Origin: an uncultured Gemmatimonadales bacterium | Lineage (GTDB): Bacteria; Gemmatimonadota; Gemmatimonadetes; Gemmatimonadales; GWC2-71-9 | Assembly: GCA_963828735.1 (NCBI GenBank) | Contig: CAWHFW010000001.1 | Coordinates: forward strand, 1-64,000 | Direction: 5' to 3' | DNA length: 64,000 bases | In this document: positions 39,942-51,213 of the stretch, in pieces | How the letters are laid out: every line of letters begins with the position of its first letter | Position numbering within the stretch: position 1 is the first letter of the stretch | The notes under the pieces: model-generated | Database searches by the model: none | What the model was told of the DNA's origin: nothing | The model's input: the letters and a program-made list of their open reading frames with translations, nothing else | Program-made: the position numbers and the translations under genes

Positions 39942-39970
39942 TTGACCCAACCTGCGCCGGCGGCTAAACT
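39942..39970 (+). promoter_or_regulatory. Putative sigma70 promoter for secG
   Basis: TTGACC-N17-TAAACT, followed by an AGGAGG SD. Confidence 0.65.
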
Positions 39971-39995
39971 TCCCGGCTGCCCAGGAGGGGTATTC

Positions 39996-40505
39996 ATGTT
40001 TGCGCTGCTGCTCACGCTGCTCATTATCGACGCGCTCTTGCTGTCAGTGGTCGTGCTGCTTCAGGCCGGCCAGGGCGGAGGTCTCGCCTCGCTCGGTGGA
40101 GCCACTACCGACACGGTCCTTGGTGGCCGTCAGGCAGTCACGCTGTTGACCAAGGCCACGTGGTGGTGCGGCGGGATCTTCCTCGCGCTGGCGCTCGTGC
40201 TCTCGCTGGTCCCGCGCGGCGGCAACGACGCGAGCGGGCTGCAGGAGCGCCTCCGCGCGACGACCCCCACGGCCCCCGCGCCGAGCGCGCCGCTACCGAT
40301 CGGCGGCGCTACGCCAGGCGCTCCCTCCGCCGGGGGGGCGCCGACAGCGGCGCCTCCGGCCACCGGCACCGCACCGGCGGCTGGCGCCAAGCCGGCGCCT
40401 GGCACTGCTCAGCCGGCTGCCGGCACCAAACCCGCTGCCGGGACCAAGCCCTCGGCGCCGCCTTCGCCCGGAGCCCCCACGGCTCCAACCCAGCCCAAGA
40501 AGTGA
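39996..40505 (+). CDS. secG: Preprotein translocase subunit SecG with Pro/Ala-rich tail
   Basis: [18 protein letters not shown]...LTKATW-TM. Confidence 0.9.
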   Translation: MFALLLTLLIIDALLLSVVVLLQAGQGGGLASLGGATTDTVLGGRQAVTLLTKATWWCGGIFLALALVLSLVPRGGNDASGLQERLRATTPTAPAPSAPLPIGGATPGAPSAGGAPTAAPPATGTAPAAGAKPAPGTAQPAAGTKPAAGTKPSAPPSPGAPTAPTQPKK

Positions 40506-40530
40506 CGGCAAGCGAGCGCGGGGTGACCGG

Positions 40531-41661
40531 ATGACGGATCGCCCCGCTTTCGTTTTGCTCGAGGACGGTGCGTGGTTCCCCGGAACCACGGCGCGCCCGA
40601 TCGATCCTGCGTTCGGCGAGGTCGTGTTCACGACCAACCTCACCGGATACCAGGAGACGTTCACCGATCCCAGCTACCTCGGGCAGATCGTCGTGATGAC
40701 GGCGCCGATGATCGGCAATTACGGCGTGAACACGGAGGACATGGAGTCCGCGCGGCCGCAGGTGACGGGCGTCGTGGTCCGGGAGATGAGCCGCCACCCA
40801 TCGAACTGGCGCGCGACGGGCACCCTCGACGACTGGCTGTCCGAGGCGGGCATCCCCGTGCTCGAGGGCATCGATACCCGCCGGCTCACGCGGCACCTCC
40901 GTGAGCGTGGCGCGATGCGGGGCGTGGTCGCGGAGGGCAGGACGCCGAGCCACGAGCTCACCGCCCGGCTGCTCGCCTCGCCCTCAATGGAGGGACTGGA
41001 CTTGGCGTCGCGCGCGAGCGTGCGGGAGCGCTGGACCGAGGGCGAGGGTCCGCTGGTAGTGGCGTACGACTACGGCATGAAGCGGAACATCGCGCGGATG
41101 CTCGTGAAGTCAGGCTGCCGGGTCACCGTGGTGCCGGCCGAGACATCGGCCGCCCAGGTGAAGGCGCTAAACCCTGACGGGCTCTTTCTTTCGAACGGGC
41201 CCGGCGATCCGGCCGCAGTGGATTACGCGCTGGCCACCTTGCGCGATCTCGCCGGCGACGGACTGCCGACCTTCGGGATCTGTCTCGGGCATCAGCTCGT
41301 GGGCCTCGCCTTCGGTGGGTCGACGGCCAAGCTGCCCTATGGCCACCGCGGTGGTAATCACCCCGTGCGCGATCTGCGCAGCGGACAGGTCCTGATCACC
41401 ACTCAAAACCATGGCTTCGCGGTAGTTGGCGATGAGGGCGGCGTGCCGGGCGCCTCGGCGCTCGAGGTCACGCACCTCAACCTGAACGACGGGACGATCG
41501 AGGGCGTCCGCCATCGCGAGCTGCCGCTTTTCGCGGTGCAGTATCACCCGGAGGCCGCTCCGGGACCGCACGATGCTTTCCCCCACTTCGACGAATTCAT
41601 GGCCTCGGTCCGGAGCGGGAAATCCCGGCGGACAGCCAACCCCTTGACAGACAACACTTAA
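40531..41661 (+). CDS. carA: Carbamoyl-phosphate synthase small subunit
   Basis: [47 protein letters not shown]. Confidence 0.95.
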   Translation: MTDRPAFVLLEDGAWFPGTTARPIDPAFGEVVFTTNLTGYQETFTDPSYLGQIVVMTAPMIGNYGVNTEDMESARPQVTGVVVREMSRHPSNWRATGTLDDWLSEAGIPVLEGIDTRRLTRHLRERGAMRGVVAEGRTPSHELTARLLASPSMEGLDLASRASVRERWTEGEGPLVVAYDYGMKRNIARMLVKSGCRVTVVPAETSAAQVKALNPDGLFLSNGPGDPAAVDYALATLRDLAGDGLPTFGICLGHQLVGLAFGGSTAKLPYGHRGGNHPVRDLRSGQVLITTQNHGFAVVGDEGGVPGASALEVTHLNLNDGTIEGVRHRELPLFAVQYHPEAAPGPHDAFPHFDEFMASVRSGKSRRTANPLTDNT

Positions 41662-41672
41662 GCTCATAAGAT
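41644..41672 (+). promoter_or_regulatory. Putative sigma70 promoter for the HU gene
   Basis: TTGACA-N17-TAAGAT, overlapping the 3' end of carA. Confidence 0.7.
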
Positions 41673-41724
41673 CGGCGCTAGGAGGCCTGCCAGCTCCGCC
41701 GCCTGCAACCCTTCTGGGGGACGC

Positions 41725-42054
41725 ATGACCAAGGCCGATCTCGTCGAACAGGTGACTGCCTCGATTGCCAAGACCGCTGGTCCGATGATCTCCAAGAAGG
41801 ACTGCGCCCGAGTCGTGGACGCATTTCTTGAGGCGGTCAAAGACGCGCTCAAGCAGCAGCACAACATCGAGGTCCGTGGGTTCGGGACCTTCAAGATCCG
41901 CCGGCGCAAGACCCGCATGGCGCGGAACCCTCGCACCGGCGATCCGGTCGAGGTCGCCGCGCGTCCGGTGCCGGTGTTCAAGCCCAGCAAGGAGTTGCGG
42001 GCGTTGGTCGCGGACGAGGGTGAGCCCGAGGCAGAGGCCGCCTCAGGCATGTAG
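41725..42054 (+). CDS. HU/IHF family nucleoid-associated protein
   Basis: MTKADLV, IEVRGFGTF, ARNPRTG, PVFKPSKEL. Confidence 0.95.
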   Translation: MTKADLVEQVTASIAKTAGPMISKKDCARVVDAFLEAVKDALKQQHNIEVRGFGTFKIRRRKTRMARNPRTGDPVEVAARPVPVFKPSKELRALVADEGEPEAEAASGM

Positions 42055-42086
42055 GGGTCAGGCCCCCTCGAGGGGCGCTGATGAAT

Positions 42087-42126
42087 CGGGGCCGCTCCCG
42101 CGCGTGTCGCGGAGCGGCCCCGTTTC
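42087..42126 (+). terminator. Probable intrinsic terminator
   Basis: 12-bp perfect stem CGGGGCCGCTCC/GGAGCGGCCCCG followed by a short TTT tail. Confidence 0.6.
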
Positions 42127-42142
42127 GTGGTAACTTCCAGTC

Positions 42143-42409
42143 ATGTCTGCCGCTGCCCCCTCCGTCGTCACGGTCCACGTCCTCCTGTTCGCCAGCTACG
42201 CGGAAACGTTCGGGACCGAGAAGCTGCACGTGACGCTGCCGTCGCCGGCCGCAGTATCGGATGTCGTCGATCACCTGCGCTCCATGCCGGGCGGCGAACG
42301 GCTGCCTGCCAAGCCGCTGTGCGCCCTCAACCTGGCACACGCTGGCCAGGATGACCGTGTGCGGGACGGGGATGAGATCGCGGTACTTCCTCCTCTGGCC
42401 GGAGGGTGA
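42143..42409 (+). CDS. moaD: Molybdopterin synthase sulfur carrier
   Basis: VLLFA...GDEIAVLPPLAGG with C-terminal GG. Confidence 0.92.
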   Translation: MSAAAPSVVTVHVLLFASYAETFGTEKLHVTLPSPAAVSDVVDHLRSMPGGERLPAKPLCALNLAHAGQDDRVRDGDEIAVLPPLAGG

Positions 42410-42837
42410 GCGTGGCCTTCCTCACCCGCGACCCCATCGAGCTCCCGCCGTTGCTGGCGAGGGTGTGCGCGCCGGACCGCGGTGGGGTGGCGACGTTCCT
42501 GGGGCAGGTGCGGAACCACCACGGCGGCCGGGCGGTACGGCGTCTTGAGTACTCCGCCTACGGCCCGATGGCCGAAGCGGAATGCGCGCGCATCGTGGCG
42601 GATGCGGAGCGACGCTGGGGCGTGGCGGTCGCGCTCCGGCACCGGCTCGGCTCGCTGGAGGTCGGCGAGACGGCCGTGGCCGTCGTTGCGGCATCGGCCC
42701 ACCGTGAGGATGCCTTCGCCGCCTGCCGGCACGTGATCGAAGAGGTCAAGCGCCGCGTGCCGATCTGGAAACGAGAACACTACGCCGACGGTACGGTGAC
42801 GTGGGTGGATCCCACTGCCGCGCTGGAGCACGTCTGA
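42406..42837 (+). CDS. moaE: Molybdopterin synthase catalytic subunit
   Basis: FLGQVRNH, LEYSAY, HRLG, SAHR, VKRRVPIWKRE. Confidence 0.93.
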   Translation: MSVAFLTRDPIELPPLLARVCAPDRGGVATFLGQVRNHHGGRAVRRLEYSAYGPMAEAECARIVADAERRWGVAVALRHRLGSLEVGETAVAVVAASAHREDAFAACRHVIEEVKRRVPIWKREHYADGTVTWVDPTAALEHV

Positions 42838-43856
42838 TGCTCCTCGATACGTTCGGCCGCCCGCTCCGGAATCTCCGCATCTCCGTGACCGACCGCTGCA
42901 ACATGCGGTGCCGGTACTGCATGCCGGAGGCTGAGTACGTGTGGCTACCGCGCGAGTCGATCCTCACGTTTGAGGAGATCGACCGCCTGGCCGGCATTTT
43001 CGCCGACCTCGGTGTGCGAAAGATCCGGCTCACGGGCGGAGAGCCGCTGCTGCGGCACGGGCTGCCTGCGCTGGTGTGCCTGCTCGGACAGCACGCGCCC
43101 ATTCGCGACATCGCGCTCACCACGAACGGCATCCTGCTCGCGCGGCACGCCGCGGCGCTTCGCGCCTCGGGGCTCCGGCGCGTGACGGTGAGTCTGGACA
43201 CGCTTCGGCCCGACCGGATGGTCGCGTTTGCCCGGAGCGCGCGGCACGCCGACGTGCTCGAGGGCATTGCAGCGGCATCGACGGCGGGGTTCGATGCCGT
43301 CAAGCTGAATACCGTGGTCATTCGGGGCCACAACGACGACGAGATCCTTGACCTGCTCGACTTCGCCCGAGCCCATGCGGTCGAGATCCGCTTCATCGAA
43401 TACATGGACGTCGGCGGCGCGACGCGCTGGGACATGGGACAGGTCGTCTCCCAGCATGAGATCCTCGAGACCATCGCCGCTCGCCACGGACACCTCACGG
43501 CGCTGCACGAGGACGACTGGGCGCCCGCCGAGCGCTTCCGTCTGCCCGACGGCACTGCCTTCGGCGTGATCGCGTCCACCACGGCACCGTTCTGCCGCAC
43601 CTGCGACCGCGCCCGCCTGACGGCGGACGGCACCCTGCTTCTCTGCCTCTATGGCGAGCGCGGTCTCGATCTCCGGGAGCTGCTGCGCATGGGCGCTTCC
43701 GACGAAGACATCGCCGCCCGCATCGGCGAGACGTGGGAGACCCGGACGGATCGCGGCGCCGAGGAGCGCACGGCACTCGCCGAGCGCGGCGTGCTGCACC
43801 AGATCGAGAGCCTCCGCGCCGATCCTCGGCGCGAGATGCACACGCGCGGCGGCTGA
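42837..43856 (+). CDS. moaA: GTP 3',8-cyclase
   Basis: ISVTDRCNMRCRYCMP, LTGGEPLLR, FCRTCDRARL..LCL, C-terminal GG. Confidence 0.95.
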   Translation: MLLDTFGRPLRNLRISVTDRCNMRCRYCMPEAEYVWLPRESILTFEEIDRLAGIFADLGVRKIRLTGGEPLLRHGLPALVCLLGQHAPIRDIALTTNGILLARHAAALRASGLRRVTVSLDTLRPDRMVAFARSARHADVLEGIAAASTAGFDAVKLNTVVIRGHNDDEILDLLDFARAHAVEIRFIEYMDVGGATRWDMGQVVSQHEILETIAARHGHLTALHEDDWAPAERFRLPDGTAFGVIASTTAPFCRTCDRARLTADGTLLLCLYGERGLDLRELLRMGASDEDIAARIGETWETRTDRGAEERTALAERGVLHQIESLRADPRREMHTRGG

Positions 43857-44338
43857 TGGCGCTGCACGTCGCGCTCATCCAGCCCCGAATCCCGCCGAAC
43901 ACGGGCAACATCGCCCGGCTGTGCGCGGCCACGGACACGCCGCTCCACCTCATCGGACCGCTGGGTTTCTCGATCGACGCCCGCGACGTCAAGCGCGCGG
44001 GACTCGACTACTGGGACAAGGTGGACCTGTGGATGCACCCCGACTGGTTCGAGTTCCGAGACGCGATCAGCCGAGACCGGTGCCTTTACTTCTCCGCCAA
44101 CGCCGAGAACGACTATCGCACGGCGCCGTTTCGGGATCGGAGCGTCCTGGTGTTCGGCAACGAAACCGAGGGCATGCCGGCGCGGATCCTCGAGAAGCAT
44201 CCGCGCCGCTGCTTTCGCATTCCGATGCCCGGCGAGGTCCGAAGTCTCAACCTCGCGAACGCGGTGAGCGTGGTCCTGTACGAGGCGCTGCGCCAGCTCG
44301 GGCTCACGGTGCCCGCGGGGTTGGAGGCCGAGTTGTAG
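43856..44338 (+). CDS. trmL: tRNA (cytidine/uridine-34 2'-O)-methyltransferase
   Basis: PRIPPNTGNIARLC, KRAGLDYW, FGNETEG, RSLNLAN. Confidence 0.93.
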   Translation: MALHVALIQPRIPPNTGNIARLCAATDTPLHLIGPLGFSIDARDVKRAGLDYWDKVDLWMHPDWFEFRDAISRDRCLYFSANAENDYRTAPFRDRSVLVFGNETEGMPARILEKHPRRCFRIPMPGEVRSLNLANAVSVVLYEALRQLGLTVPAGLEAEL

Positions 44339-44458
44339 GCGGATAGATTCGTGCCGCTTGGAGAGCCCTGAGCCGCGCGAGCATCCCCGATGAGGCGTGT
44401 CCCGCTGGGGCGCCGGCCGGGGCGACTTCGAAAACAATCCACACGAAAGCGACCTGGC

Positions 44459-45391
44459 ATGCTCGGAAAAGTGGCCGTCGTGGGCGCAGGCAACGTCGGC
44501 GCCACTGCAGCGCAACGCCTCGCCGAGAAGAATCTCGCCCGAACCGTGGTCATGATCGACGTGGTCGAGGGCGTTCCCCAGGGCAAGGGCCTCGATCAAT
44601 GGCAGTCCGGACCAATCGAGGGCTTCGACACCCGGATCATCGGCACCAATGGTTACGACGAAGCCGCGGGCGCCGACCTGTTCGTCGTCACGGCCGGCAT
44701 CGCGCGCAAGCCGGGCATGAGCCGGGACGACCTGGTGAAGACCAACGCAGGCATCGTGCGCTCCGTCGCCAAGGAGATTGCCCGCGTCGCGCCCAAGTCC
44801 ATCATCGTCGTGGTGTCGAACCCGCTCGACGTGATGTGCTACGTGGCGATGAAGGCCAGCGGCTTCCCGCGCGAGCGCGTTCTCGGCATGGCGGGCGTGC
44901 TCGATACCGCCCGGTACCGGACGTTCCTCGCCGAGGCAATGGACGTCTCGGTCGAGGACATACAGGCCATGGTGCTCGGCGGACACGGTGACACGATGGT
45001 GCCGCTCGTCTCGTACACCACCGTGTCTGGGATTCCGGTAAGCCAGCTGCTCGCGGCCGACAAGCTCGCGAGCATCGTGGACCGGACGCGAAATGGCGGG
45101 GCCGAGATCGTGGCCTTCCTCAAGACGGGCTCGGCGTACTATGCCCCAAGCGCGGCGGCCATTCAGATGGTGGAGGCCATCGCGCTCGACAAGCGACGCA
45201 TTCTTCCGTGCTCGGCCTGGCTCCAGGGCGAGTTCGGGCTCAAGGACGTGTTCTGCGGTGTCCCGTGCAAGCTGGGACGCAACGGCCTCGAGCAGATCCT
45301 CGAGATCACGCTCACGGACGCCGAGCGCGCGGAGCTGGTGAAGTCCGCCGAGGCGGTGCGGGCCACGCAGGCGGTGGTCGACGCTGCCTGA
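44459..45391 (+). CDS. mdh: Malate dehydrogenase (LDH-like)
   Basis: [43 protein letters not shown]. Confidence 0.95.
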   Translation: MLGKVAVVGAGNVGATAAQRLAEKNLARTVVMIDVVEGVPQGKGLDQWQSGPIEGFDTRIIGTNGYDEAAGADLFVVTAGIARKPGMSRDDLVKTNAGIVRSVAKEIARVAPKSIIVVVSNPLDVMCYVAMKASGFPRERVLGMAGVLDTARYRTFLAEAMDVSVEDIQAMVLGGHGDTMVPLVSYTTVSGIPVSQLLAADKLASIVDRTRNGGAEIVAFLKTGSAYYAPSAAAIQMVEAIALDKRRILPCSAWLQGEFGLKDVFCGVPCKLGRNGLEQILEITLTDAERAELVKSAEAVRATQAVVDAA

Positions 45392-45403
45392 CGGGGAGCT
45401 GTC

Positions 45404-46066
45404 ATGAATCGCGCGCAGGCGCTGTGGAACACGTCGGTCGGGAAGAAGGCGGTCATGGCGGTCACCGGCATCATCATGGTGGCCTACCTGATCACGCACG
45501 TGCTGGCCAACCTGCTCGTGTTCCAGGGCCCGGCGAGGATCAACGCCTACAGCAGGTTCCTGCACGGCACCGGCGGGGCGCTCTGGGCCGCGCGGCTGGT
45601 CCTGTTCGTCGCCGTCGTCCTCCACATCATCGCCGCGGTGCAGCTCACCGGCCGGCGGCGGGCTGCTCGGCCGATCGGGTACGCCGCCGGGCGTGACCCG
45701 CAGGTGTCCACCATCGCCTCACGCACGATTCGCTGGGGCGGGGTGCTCATCCTCGTCTTCCTCGTCTACCACATCCTCCACTTCACCCTCGGCGACGTGC
45801 ACGGCTCGTTCGTCGAGGGCGATCCCTACCACAACGTGGCGTCCGGGTTCGGCAACCCGGTGGTGGTGGTCTTCTACGAGCTCGCGATGGCCGCGGTGGG
45901 CCTGCACCTCTATCACGGCATCTGGAGCAGCGGGCGCAGCCTGGGCCTGAGCGCGCCGTCGCCCCGTCCGATCCGGCGACAGCTGGCGCTGGCGCTCGCG
46001 GTGCTGGTGTGGGCCGGGTTCACGGTCATTCCGATCGCGGCCTACCTGGGCATGATCCGGCCGTGA
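45404..46066 (+). CDS. sdhC: Succinate dehydrogenase cytochrome b subunit (single-subunit anchor)
   Basis: [12 protein letters not shown], His heme ligands, HLYHG; first gene of sdhCAB. Confidence 0.9.
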   Translation: MNRAQALWNTSVGKKAVMAVTGIIMVAYLITHVLANLLVFQGPARINAYSRFLHGTGGALWAARLVLFVAVVLHIIAAVQLTGRRRAARPIGYAAGRDPQVSTIASRTIRWGGVLILVFLVYHILHFTLGDVHGSFVEGDPYHNVASGFGNPVVVVFYELAMAAVGLHLYHGIWSSGRSLGLSAPSPRPIRRQLALALAVLVWAGFTVIPIAAYLGMIRP

Positions 46067-46085
46067 CGGCGACAGGGAGAGCAGC

Positions 46086-47995
<1,910 letters not shown>

Positions 47996-47999
<4 letters not shown>

Positions 48000-48766
48000 A
48001 TCTCACGCTCCACGTCTGGCGCCAATCCGGTCCCGGCGTTTCGGGCCGCATGGTGCGGTACGAGGCGCACGACATCAGCCCGGACATGTCCTTCCTCGAG
48101 ATGCTGGACGTGGTGAACGAGCGGCTGATGGAGACCGGTGACACGCCCATCGCGTTCGACCACGACTGCCGCGAAGGCATCTGCGGGGCCTGCAGCCTCA
48201 TGATCGACGGGGTGGCCCACGGCCCCAACAAGGGCACGGCCACCTGTCAGTTGCACATGCGGAGCTTCGCGGACGGCGATGAGATCCGCGTCGAGCCGTG
48301 GCGGGCGCGCGCCTTCCCGGTGGTGAAGGACCTGGTCGTGGACCGATCCGCCCTGGACCGAATCATCGCGGCCGGCGGCTACATCAGCGCGCCGACAGGG
48401 AGTGCGCCCGACGGCAACGCCACGCTCATCCCCAAGGAGGCCGTCGACACGGCGATGGACGCCGCCCAGTGCATCGGGTGCGGCGCCTGCGTCGCGGCCT
48501 GCCCCAACGGCTCCGCCTCGCTGTTCACCGCGGCCAAGGTCACCCACCTCGGCCTCCTCCCCCAGGGCCAACCCGAGCGTCTCCAGCGGGCGCGGCGGAT
48601 GGTCGAGCGCATGGACGTCGAGAGGTTCGGCGGCTGCACGCTTTACGGCGAGTGCCAGGAAGCCTGCCCCAAGATGATCAGCATCGACACCATCACCCGC
48701 ATGAACCGCGATTACCTCCGGGCCGCCGTGGCGCCGGTCCGCGCGGTCGCGGTCGAATCGGACTGA
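47996..48766 (+). CDS. sdhB: Succinate dehydrogenase Fe-S subunit
   Basis: [31 protein letters not shown]. Confidence 0.95.
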
Positions 48767-50007
48767 GCCGCGCCCGGCTCGCGCTGACGCTGCTGTCGCT
48801 CACGCCCTGGTGCGCGGCGACCGCGCAGCAGTCGGCGTGGGTGCGTGCCGGTGCGCAGGCGGTGCCGGCGTACGGCTATGCCGACCCGGTGCCCGGTGGG
48901 TCGGGGCTGGGCGAGGTCCGGATCGTCCAACCGGCTGTCTTCCTGCACGCGGGCGCCTTCGACCGGCTCCGATTCACTGGCATGCTCAACCTCGAGGGGG
49001 CCACGATTCCCGAGGGCGAGCTGGCCCCAGGCAACTGGGGCGAAGGCTTTGTCGATCGGCGTCATCCCCACACCTACGTCCACGAGCTGATGCTGGCCGC
49101 CGACCTGCTCGGTGGGCGCGACGGTCGCGCGCGCGCGTCGCTCAGCCTGGGCAAAGGCTTCGCGCCGTTCGGCACCGACGATCCGATGGTCCGGCCGTTC
49201 CTCCGCTATCCCGTGAACCATCACCTAGCGCAGATCCTCGAGCGTGCCGTTGCCATCGCGGCGGTACGCGCGGGGCCCGTCACCGCGGAGGCCGGCCTCT
49301 TCAACGGCGACGAGCCCGAACGGCCCAGCCAGTGGCCCAGGATCAGCGGGCGGTTCGGCGACTCCTGGAGCGCGCGCCTCACGGGCGAGCTCGTTCCGGG
49401 CGGTACGGTGCAGGGGTCGTACGCGCACGTGCATTCGCCCGAGCATCGGCCCGGCGCGGGTACGGACCAGGAGAAGTGGAGTCTATCGGGGAGATGGGAG
49501 CGGCCCATCGGTGGGCATCCCGTGTACGGCCTGATCGAGTGGGCCCGCACCTCGGAGGCGGGCGGGTTCTTCGTGTTCCACAGCGTGTTGGCCGAAGGTG
49601 CATGGACCGCCGGGCCCCATCGTCTCCAGTACCGGTTCGAGCGTACCGAGCGGCCCGAGGAGGAACGGATCGCGCGGTTTCGCTCGCTCCGGCCGCATCT
49701 CGAGAACTCGATCCTCGGCACGACCCGCTGGACCACGCACACCCTCGGGTACGAGGTTCAGGCCGCCGGCAGCGCAGGCGGCCTGCTGACCGTCCGTCCG
49801 CTCGTGGAGGTCGAGTATGCGAGCGTGGCCAAGGTCGGCGGTGGAGTGGTCGACGTGGACGGACTGTATGGCGACGACCACATCTGGTCGCTTACGGTCG
49901 CGGTGCGGCTCTCCGCCGGGATGAGAATGCACCGGATGGGCCGGTACGGCGCCGCGGAGGATGCAGACGCGATGGCCATGCACGATCACCAGGGGATGAT
50001 GCCGTAA
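48763..50007 (+). CDS. Hypothetical outer-membrane beta-barrel with His/Met clusters
   Basis: Signal peptide ending ATA-QQ, alternating hydrophobic strands, [26 protein letters not shown], Met/His-rich tail. No canonical start codon precedes the signal peptide. Confidence 0.65.
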   Translation: MSRARLALTLLSLTPWCAATAQQSAWVRAGAQAVPAYGYADPVPGGSGLGEVRIVQPAVFLHAGAFDRLRFTGMLNLEGATIPEGELAPGNWGEGFVDRRHPHTYVHELMLAADLLGGRDGRARASLSLGKGFAPFGTDDPMVRPFLRYPVNHHLAQILERAVAIAAVRAGPVTAEAGLFNGDEPERPSQWPRISGRFGDSWSARLTGELVPGGTVQGSYAHVHSPEHRPGAGTDQEKWSLSGRWERPIGGHPVYGLIEWARTSEAGGFFVFHSVLAEGAWTAGPHRLQYRFERTERPEEERIARFRSLRPHLENSILGTTRWTTHTLGYEVQAAGSAGGLLTVRPLVEVEYASVAKVGGGVVDVDGLYGDDHIWSLTVAVRLSAGMRMHRMGRYGAAEDADAMAMHDHQGMMP

Positions 50008-51200
50008 TGAGATCTCGCGACATGCGGACGTGGTTGGCCGGGGCCCTGGCCCTGCTGCTGGCATGCGGCGGTGGGAGCGACACCGGCAGCGACGGAACCG
50101 ATGGCACGGGGCCGCCGCCGGGAGCCGCGTTCGAGGTGCTGGCAGGCGGGAACAACGTGCCCGAGCGGTTCAGCTCCGATCTCTGGGTGCACGGACCATG
50201 GGCGTACACCGGGACCTGGGGAGCTGCGCCGCGGAACGGCGCACGGGGAGACGTTCTCAAGATCTGGTCGCTGAACGCGAGTGGGGCCCCGACGCTCGCC
50301 GACTCGATCAAGCTCCCCGCCATCTCGACCGTGAGCGACGTTCAGGTGAGCGAGGACGGCAGCGTGCTCGTGTTCAGTACCGAGCGCGGCGCCAACGCGG
50401 GACTCTACGTCTACGACCTGAGCGATCCTCGCGTGCCGGTCCTCAGCGACAGCGCGCTCGTGGCCGACGGCATCCACACCGCCACCATCGCGGACATCGA
50501 CGGGCGGCGCTACGTCTTCGCCGCGCGGGATCCGAAGGACCCGGCGCTGCTGATCTACGACATCACGACTCCCGGAGCGATCGCCCTGCGCGCCACCGTG
50601 CCCATTCCGCCTGCCTACGGGATCCACGATACCTACGTGCGCGACGGGATCGCGTTCGTCTTCGCGTGGAACACCGGGGTCATCATCTACGACGTCGGCA
50701 ACGGGATCGCCGGCGGCCTGCCCACGCAACCGAGGGAGATCAGCCGCCTGCTCACGGCGGACGACGGCGTGGACGGCGGCTCTGCGGTGCACAACGGCTG
50801 GTGGTTCCACAACCCCGTGCGGGGCGAGAATCGCTACCTGTTCATCGGACAGGAAGGCGCCGGGGTCATTGGCTCGGCCTCAAGTGGGGACCTCCATGTC
50901 GTGGACGTGTCGGACCTGGCCCACCCCGCCGAAGTGGCCTTCTTCCACCTGGCCGGGGCAGGCACCCACAACTTCTGGATGGACGAAGCCCGTCAGATCC
51001 TGTACATGGCGTACTACAACGGCGGCGTCGTGGCACTGGACGTCTCGGGGACGCTGGCGGGCGACCTGTCGAGCCGGCTGATCGCGGAGATCAAGCCGGG
51101 CGGCGCCGGCAACACCTATGTGTGGGGCGTTCAGCTCGCCGGCGGATCCTTGTACGCGATCGACATGCTCAGCGGCTTGTGGCAGTTGAAGGTGCCATGA
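50007..51200 (+). CDS. LVIVD-repeat (choice-of-anchor-B-like) beta-propeller lipoprotein
   Basis: Lipobox LLAC. Repeats LYVYDLSDP, LLIYDITTP, VIIYDV, LHVVDVSD, VVALDVS. Confidence 0.8.
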   Translation: MRSRDMRTWLAGALALLLACGGGSDTGSDGTDGTGPPPGAAFEVLAGGNNVPERFSSDLWVHGPWAYTGTWGAAPRNGARGDVLKIWSLNASGAPTLADSIKLPAISTVSDVQVSEDGSVLVFSTERGANAGLYVYDLSDPRVPVLSDSALVADGIHTATIADIDGRRYVFAARDPKDPALLIYDITTPGAIALRATVPIPPAYGIHDTYVRDGIAFVFAWNTGVIIYDVGNGIAGGLPTQPREISRLLTADDGVDGGSAVHNGWWFHNPVRGENRYLFIGQEGAGVIGSASSGDLHVVDVSDLAHPAEVAFFHLAGAGTHNFWMDEARQILYMAYYNGGVVALDVSGTLAGDLSSRLIAEIKPGGAGNTYVWGVQLAGGSLYAIDMLSGLWQLKVP

Positions 51201-51213
51201 GCCTCGTCGCCCG

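Noticed and set aside
40506..40530. tRNA-Leu often found after secG
   Set aside because: Only 25 bp separate secG and carA, and I saw no tRNA-like sequence elsewhere in the window.
40531..41661. carA without adjacent carB
   Set aside because: Split carA/carB loci are common, so this is not informative.
42055..42142. Moco riboswitch upstream of moaD
   Set aside because: The region is explained by a small hairpin, a terminator and a -10 element 6 nt before the ATG, leaving no leader for an aptamer.
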